From Candidatus Enterousia sp. (lineage in GTDB: Bacteria; Pseudomonadota; Alphaproteobacteria; Rs-D84): 64,000 nucleotides of DNA. The translations under genes and the position numbers were made by a program. Of the stretch, positions 59,496 through 64,000 are shown one piece after another; the first letter of the stretch is position 1; the number at the start of each line of letters is the position of its first letter. The notes beneath the pieces were generated by a model, which saw only the letters and a list, made by a program, of their open reading frames with translations, had not been told where the DNA came from and ran no database searches. The stretch covers positions 4,198-68,197 of the forward strand of contig JAZLCH010000011.1 in the NCBI GenBank assembly GCA_045614145.1, given 5' to 3'.

Positions 59496-61688
59496 ATGTT
59501 TAATTCCGGTACAGTTGTCAAAGTATTAATATCAAACATTCCAAACAGTGGCTATGATTATCGCCTGACTGCATCTGCGGACATTGGCACATTTGTATCT
59601 GTGAATGTTATGAATCGCCCGTGTATTGGGGTTATATGGGGCATTGGCGACAGCAATTTGCCAGAACACAAGATAAAAAACATATCTGTTGTACATAATG
59701 CTCGGCTAAATATTACTGACCTGCAATGGATAAAAAGGATGTCCGACTGGACATTAATCCCACCGGGTATGGTTTTGCGATTAATTGTAAATATTCCTGA
59801 TGCTTTTTCTGCGCCGCGTATGGAACAAATGTATGCATTTAATTTTGACACCACCGCTCGCATGACGGACAATCGCATTGCGGTAATGGATGCGTTCGCG
59901 TCAAATGATAACGAACCGATGACGGCATCAGACATTCAAAACATTGCGCGCGTATCATCTGCGGTTGTTCGCACGATGATAAAGAACGGCACATTAATTG
60001 CCCGCGATGCCCGTGAAAAAAACGCAGACAGTTTTTCGTATACCTATTCAGATTCTGGCGATGTCATATTAAATGACGAACAGTTGGCTGCCGCCAACAA
60101 AATTGGCGCTGCAATTGCCGATGGTGGCTTCTCTGTGCATTTGCTGGATGGTATTACTGGCAGTGGCAAGACCCAGGTGTATTTTGATTCTGCCTGGCGC
60201 GCATACAAGGGTGGCAAATCTGTATTATTGATGATGCCTGAAATCGCCCTGACGGCCCAGTTTATGACGCGCTTTACCAAACGCTTTGGTGCGCCACCTG
60301 TAATCTGGCACAGTAATCTGACCGCCGCCCGCCGTCGTGAAATTTGGCGCGGTGTATTGAATGGAAAAATCCGAATGGTTGTCGGCACGCGCAGTGCATT
60401 ATTCTTGCCATGGATGAACCTGGGACTGATTGTAATTGACGAAGAACACGACACATCATATAAACAAGAAGATATGGGCAATTATCACGCCCGCGACATG
60501 GCGATTTTGCGTGCGAAAATCGCCGGATTTCCGGTGGTGTTGGCATCTGCCACCCCTGCGGCGGAAACATTGGAAAATGTGAACGCAGGCAAATATACGC
60601 GCCTGCGCCTTACCTCGCGCTTTGGCGGGGCCCAGTTGCCTGAAATCCAGACGATTGATTTGCGTGAAAATCGTCCTGACGCATACATGGCAGATGGCAC
60701 TGAACAGACTGGATTTCTGTCTGCACCCCTGTGTGATGCGATTTCTGAAACGCTAAATTCCGGCCGTCAAACAATGCTGTTTATCAATCGTCGTGGTTTT
60801 GCCCCGATTGTTCAGTGTAAAAAGTGCGGTTGGACGTCCACATGCCCAGATTGCAGTGTCGGCATGACATATCATAAACGCCTGGGCAAATTATTATGCC
60901 ACATGTGCGGACGGACCGCGCCATTGGCGAAACATTGTCCCGATTGTGGCACAGATGTATCTATGCGCGGTGTTGGCCTGGAAAAGATTCAGCAAGAGGT
61001 TAACGTTCGTTTCCCCACCGCCCGCACGGCCTTGGTTTCCAGTGATATAATCACATCGCGCCAGTCTTTGGAACGCCTGGTCAATAAAATGGAATCTGGC
61101 GAAATAGACATCGTTATCGGCACCCAGATATTGGCCAAGGGGCATCATTTTCCAAACCTGACCTTGGTCGGTGTGGTTGATGCCGATATGGGATTATTTG
61201 GCACTGATTTTCGCGCCGCTGAACACACCTTTCAACAATTGTTCCAGGTTGCCGGTCGCGCCGGTCGTGGTGAATTTCCCGGTCGCGTTTTAATGCAGAC
61301 ATATCAGCCTGAACACCCCGTTCTGGCTGCAATCTGCGCATGTGACCGTGATACATTTATGTCGACCGACATGGCGGGTCGCCGCATGGCGCAAATGCCT
61401 CCGTACGGGCAGCTGATTGCAATTATTGTCGAAGGGGAAAAAGAATCCACCCTGCAAAGATATTGCGCAGACCTGGCGGCGACGGCGCCAATTTTAAACG
61501 GTGCAAAAATCATGGGGCCTATCGCGGCCCAGGTTTATCAGATACGCAATTGGTATCGCATGCGTTTTTTGGTTGCGGGCGGTGCGACCGCCAATTTGCA
61601 ACCGATTGTGTCGCATTGGCTGGGCAAAACCAAGACACCCGCCAACATCCGTATTAAAATAGATGTCAATCCGATAAACTTTATGTGA
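59496..61688 (+). CDS. priA: primosomal protein N' (replication restart helicase)
   Basis: GITGSGKT Walker A; VIDEEHD; Cys-rich Zn-binding insert CKKCGW...CPDC...CHMCG...CPDCG. Confidence 0.85.
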   Translation: MFNSGTVVKVLISNIPNSGYDYRLTASADIGTFVSVNVMNRPCIGVIWGIGDSNLPEHKIKNISVVHNARLNITDLQWIKRMSDWTLIPPGMVLRLIVNIPDAFSAPRMEQMYAFNFDTTARMTDNRIAVMDAFASNDNEPMTASDIQNIARVSSAVVRTMIKNGTLIARDAREKNADSFSYTYSDSGDVILNDEQLAAANKIGAAIADGGFSVHLLDGITGSGKTQVYFDSAWRAYKGGKSVLLMMPEIALTAQFMTRFTKRFGAPPVIWHSNLTAARRREIWRGVLNGKIRMVVGTRSALFLPWMNLGLIVIDEEHDTSYKQEDMGNYHARDMAILRAKIAGFPVVLASATPAAETLENVNAGKYTRLRLTSRFGGAQLPEIQTIDLRENRPDAYMADGTEQTGFLSAPLCDAISETLNSGRQTMLFINRRGFAPIVQCKKCGWTSTCPDCSVGMTYHKRLGKLLCHMCGRTAPLAKHCPDCGTDVSMRGVGLEKIQQEVNVRFPTARTALVSSDIITSRQSLERLVNKMESGEIDIVIGTQILAKGHHFPNLTLVGVVDADMGLFGTDFRAAEHTFQQLFQVAGRAGRGEFPGRVLMQTYQPEHPVLAAICACDRDTFMSTDMAGRRMAQMPPYGQLIAIIVEGEKESTLQRYCADLAATAPILNGAKIMGPIAAQVYQIRNWYRMRFLVAGGATANLQPIVSHWLGKTKTPANIRIKIDVNPINFM

Positions 61689-61811
61689 CAAGAAATCATT
61701 CCGCGCCCCCTGGTTAATAAAAAACTTGACTTTTTTGTCAATTTATTGTATAATACGCGACATCTAACACGGCACAATTCTGTGCCACGCATCCCCACAA
61801 AAGGAAAAAAT

Positions 61812-63080
61812 ATGCATATTAATGAATTAAAGGCAAAGTCGCCCCAGCAGCTGCTGAAAATGGCAGAAGACATGGGAATTGAAAATCCATCACAGTTAAA
61901 TGTTCAGCAATTACGTTTTGCTGTTATGCGCGTATTTGCCGCGGACAAGCAGGTAACGCTAATTGGTGACGGTGTTCTGGAACGCATGCAGGATGGTTTT
62001 GGATTTCTGCGTGCGCCTGAATCGAATTATTTGGCGGGTCCTGATGATTTATATGTATCGCCAAACCTGATAAAAAAATACGGTTTGAAAACAGGTGATT
62101 ATATCGAAGGGCAAATTCAGGCCCCTGCCGCCGAGACCGAGCGTTATTTTGCACTGGAAACGATTGAGCGTGTAAACGGTGATAATCCGGAAAAGTTGAA
62201 ACATCGCGTATCGTTTGATGATATGACCCCATTGTATCCAGATGAACAGTTGAAAATGGAAGTGCCTGATGACAAGGACAAAGGTCGTAATTTGTCAGCG
62301 CGTGTAATTGATTTGATTTCTCCGACGGGCAAAGGCCAGCGATCATTGATTGTTGCGCCACCGCGTACTGGTAAAACCGTTATGTTGCAGAACATTGCGC
62401 ATTCGATTGCGACGAATTATCCTGATGTAAAACTGATTGTGTTACTGATTGACGAACGTCCCGAAGAAGTAACTGATATGCAACGCAGTGTCAAGGGCGA
62501 AGTTATATCGTCAACATTTGACGAACCTGCGGCGCGTCACATTCAGGTTGCCGAAATGGTTATTGAAAAGGCCAAGCGTCTGGTCGAAGCGGGCCAAGAT
62601 GTTGTTATCCTGTTGGATTCTATTACGCGTCTGGGTCGTGCGTATAACACCTGTGTTCCATCCAGTGGCAAGGTTTTAACTGGTGGTGTTGATGCCTATG
62701 CGCTGCAGCGGCCCAAGCGTTTCTTTGGTGCCGCCCGTAATATCGAAGGTGGCGGTTCACTGACGATTATTGCGACCGCATTGGTTGACACAGGGTCCAA
62801 GATGGACGAAGTTATCTTTGAAGAATTCAAAGGTACCGGCAACAGTGAAATTATTCTGGACAGAAAATTATCAGACAAGCGTGTATATCCTGCGATTGAT
62901 ATTACCAAATCTGGCACGCGCAAAGAAGACCTGTTGGTTGGCAAGGATATCTTAAGCAAAATGTATGTCCTGCGCCGTATTATCAACCCAATGGGTACAT
63001 TAGAGGCAATGGAATTCCTGTTGGATAAGTTGCGTTTAACGAAAACGAATTCTGATTTTTTCAGTTCGATGAATCAGTAA
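61812..63080 (+). CDS. rho: transcription termination factor Rho
   Basis: [23 protein letters not shown]; RTGKT P-loop; start at internal ATG with strong RBS. Confidence 0.9.
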   Translation: MHINELKAKSPQQLLKMAEDMGIENPSQLNVQQLRFAVMRVFAADKQVTLIGDGVLERMQDGFGFLRAPESNYLAGPDDLYVSPNLIKKYGLKTGDYIEGQIQAPAAETERYFALETIERVNGDNPEKLKHRVSFDDMTPLYPDEQLKMEVPDDKDKGRNLSARVIDLISPTGKGQRSLIVAPPRTGKTVMLQNIAHSIATNYPDVKLIVLLIDERPEEVTDMQRSVKGEVISSTFDEPAARHIQVAEMVIEKAKRLVEAGQDVVILLDSITRLGRAYNTCVPSSGKVLTGGVDAYALQRPKRFFGAARNIEGGGSLTIIATALVDTGSKMDEVIFEEFKGTGNSEIILDRKLSDKRVYPAIDITKSGTRKEDLLVGKDILSKMYVLRRIINPMGTLEAMEFLLDKLRLTKTNSDFFSSMNQ

Positions 63081-63085
63081 TAAAA

Positions 63086-63110
63086 AAGCCGCCACTTGGC
63101 GGTTTTTTTT
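63086..63110 (+). terminator. intrinsic terminator after rho
   Basis: aagccgccacttggcggtttttttt. Confidence 0.65.
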
Positions 63111-63312
63111 GATGTATGGATTCATTACTCCGTCGGAACAGCTTTGTCATCCCGCCGCACTCTCGTCGCGGTACAACGCGGGCAGAACACTACGTGAAGA
63201 AATAACAATAAATGCAAATTCTTGTCAAATAAAAAGTGTTAATAAAAATTATAATTTTTCGCTTGTGTATACCTGTGTTTTTTTTTACCATAAGAGCAAA
63301 AGAGGAAAAGAA

Positions 63313-64000
63313 AGTGGGAAAATTAACGGGATTTTTGCGTCTTTGCACAGTTTTGCTGTTTTGTTTATTTACCAATAATCTGATGGCATCATTCACTTGC
63401 AGCACTTCGGGCTATTACATTTCGTGCAAGGATGGGTATTACCTATCCGACTGTGGAGAGACCTATGACGGCCGTACAATAACCAGTTTTTCCACTGGAA
63501 ATTCATGTAAAGCATGCCCCCAGTACGCCGACTGCAGCGGCGATAATGCCAAGTGTCCTACGTCTACAGTAATTGATATCACGTTCAATCTTGGCGCCAA
63601 TGGCAAGGGGACGACACCTGCTGCGATAGTATGCTACAAGGGAAAGACTTGTAGTTGGAGTCATGTTAATGAATTAACAACATTTTATCGTCCGGGTTAC
63701 AAATTAATCGGCTGGTCCACCAGCAGTACTGCCACTACTGCAACATACGTAGATTCTGGCACATTCTCTGCAAGCACCACCCTGTATCCTGTATGGTCTG
63801 CTTGTGCGGCGGGGACATATCATCCGGGCAGCACTGGTACCGCCGCCAATACCTGTACAAGCTGTCCCAGCAGCACCTATCCGAACAGTGCCGCGGGCGC
63901 GACCGCACAAACCCAGTGTTATGCCAATGTGACGCTGAACAAGAACGGATTTAGCGGTACGATTACGGCGAATACTGGCACGGGGTGCAAGGTTGCGTCG
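63313..64000 (+). CDS. partial secreted Cys-rich protein with a Listeria-Bacteroides-type (GYxxxGW) repeat; continues beyond window
   Basis: GTG start, signal peptide (LRLCTVLLFCLFT), RPGYKLIGWST motif, no stop in window. Confidence 0.4.

Noticed and set aside
63704-63910. 68-aa minus-strand ORF at window end
   Set aside because: Antisense to the partial secreted-protein gene reading through the window end; Gly/Ala/Arg-rich artefact.

Overview
This is a 64 kb bacterial chromosomal window at about 40% GC. The housekeeping gene set (lpxI, lgt, rho, priA, parC, gap, miaA, rplU-rpmA, rpmG, nrdDG, map, holA, lptE) suggests an alphaproteobacterium-like Gram-negative; this assignment is an inference from gene content only.

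The window divides into three parts:
- A hipBA toxin-antitoxin pair lies at 78-1548.
- A genomic island of about 22.7 kb runs from about 1877 to 24617. At its right edge it is inserted beside an intact tRNA-Thr(TGT) at 24541-24617 on the minus strand. At its left edge it ends at a degenerate copy of the tRNA-Thr 3' half at about 1877-1923. A tyrosine integrase, two excisionase-like HTH proteins and a serine recombinase sit next to the tRNA.
- From 24.7 kb to the end of the window the genes are ordinary core genes.

The island cargo is dominated by nucleic-acid-targeting genes:
- a GmrSD-like DUF262/DUF1524 protein;
- a NUDIX hydrolase convergent with a PD-(D/E)xK-like nuclease;
- a Y-family polymerase with a YolD-like partner;
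- a co-directional minus-strand cluster of seven genes (9783-20731): an Eco57I-like N6-adenine methyltransferase, a truncated methyltransferase paralog, a T5orf172/GIY-YIG-like SF2 (ResIII) helicase, an ADP-ribosylglycohydrolase, an SF1 (Upf1/Dna2-like) helicase with a C-terminal DUF559 endonuclease domain, a RecQ-family helicase fused to a ComFC-like phosphoribosyltransferase domain, and a DprA/Smf (SLOG) protein.

The RecQ-PRTase plus DprA-like pair, possibly extended by the ADP-ribosylglycohydrolase and the SF1-DUF559 helicase, is the best candidate for an undescribed defense system. The methyltransferase plus GIY-YIG-helicase module looks like a non-canonical Type III/ISP-like restriction-modification system.

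Outside the island, notable points are:
- an apparent split anaerobic ribonucleotide reductase (a 710-aa NrdD body plus a separate 60-aa glycyl-radical tail ORF) with putative NrdR boxes;
- a tRNA-Ser(TGA) flanked on both sides by partial copies of itself;
- REP-like palindromic repeats after tRNA-Leu;
- two paralogous genes sharing an unrecognised C-terminal domain;
- two small genes missing from the ORF track (a 2x[4Fe-4S] ferredoxin and rpmG).

All calls rest on motif-level reading of the translations and nucleotide patterns. No database searches were run.
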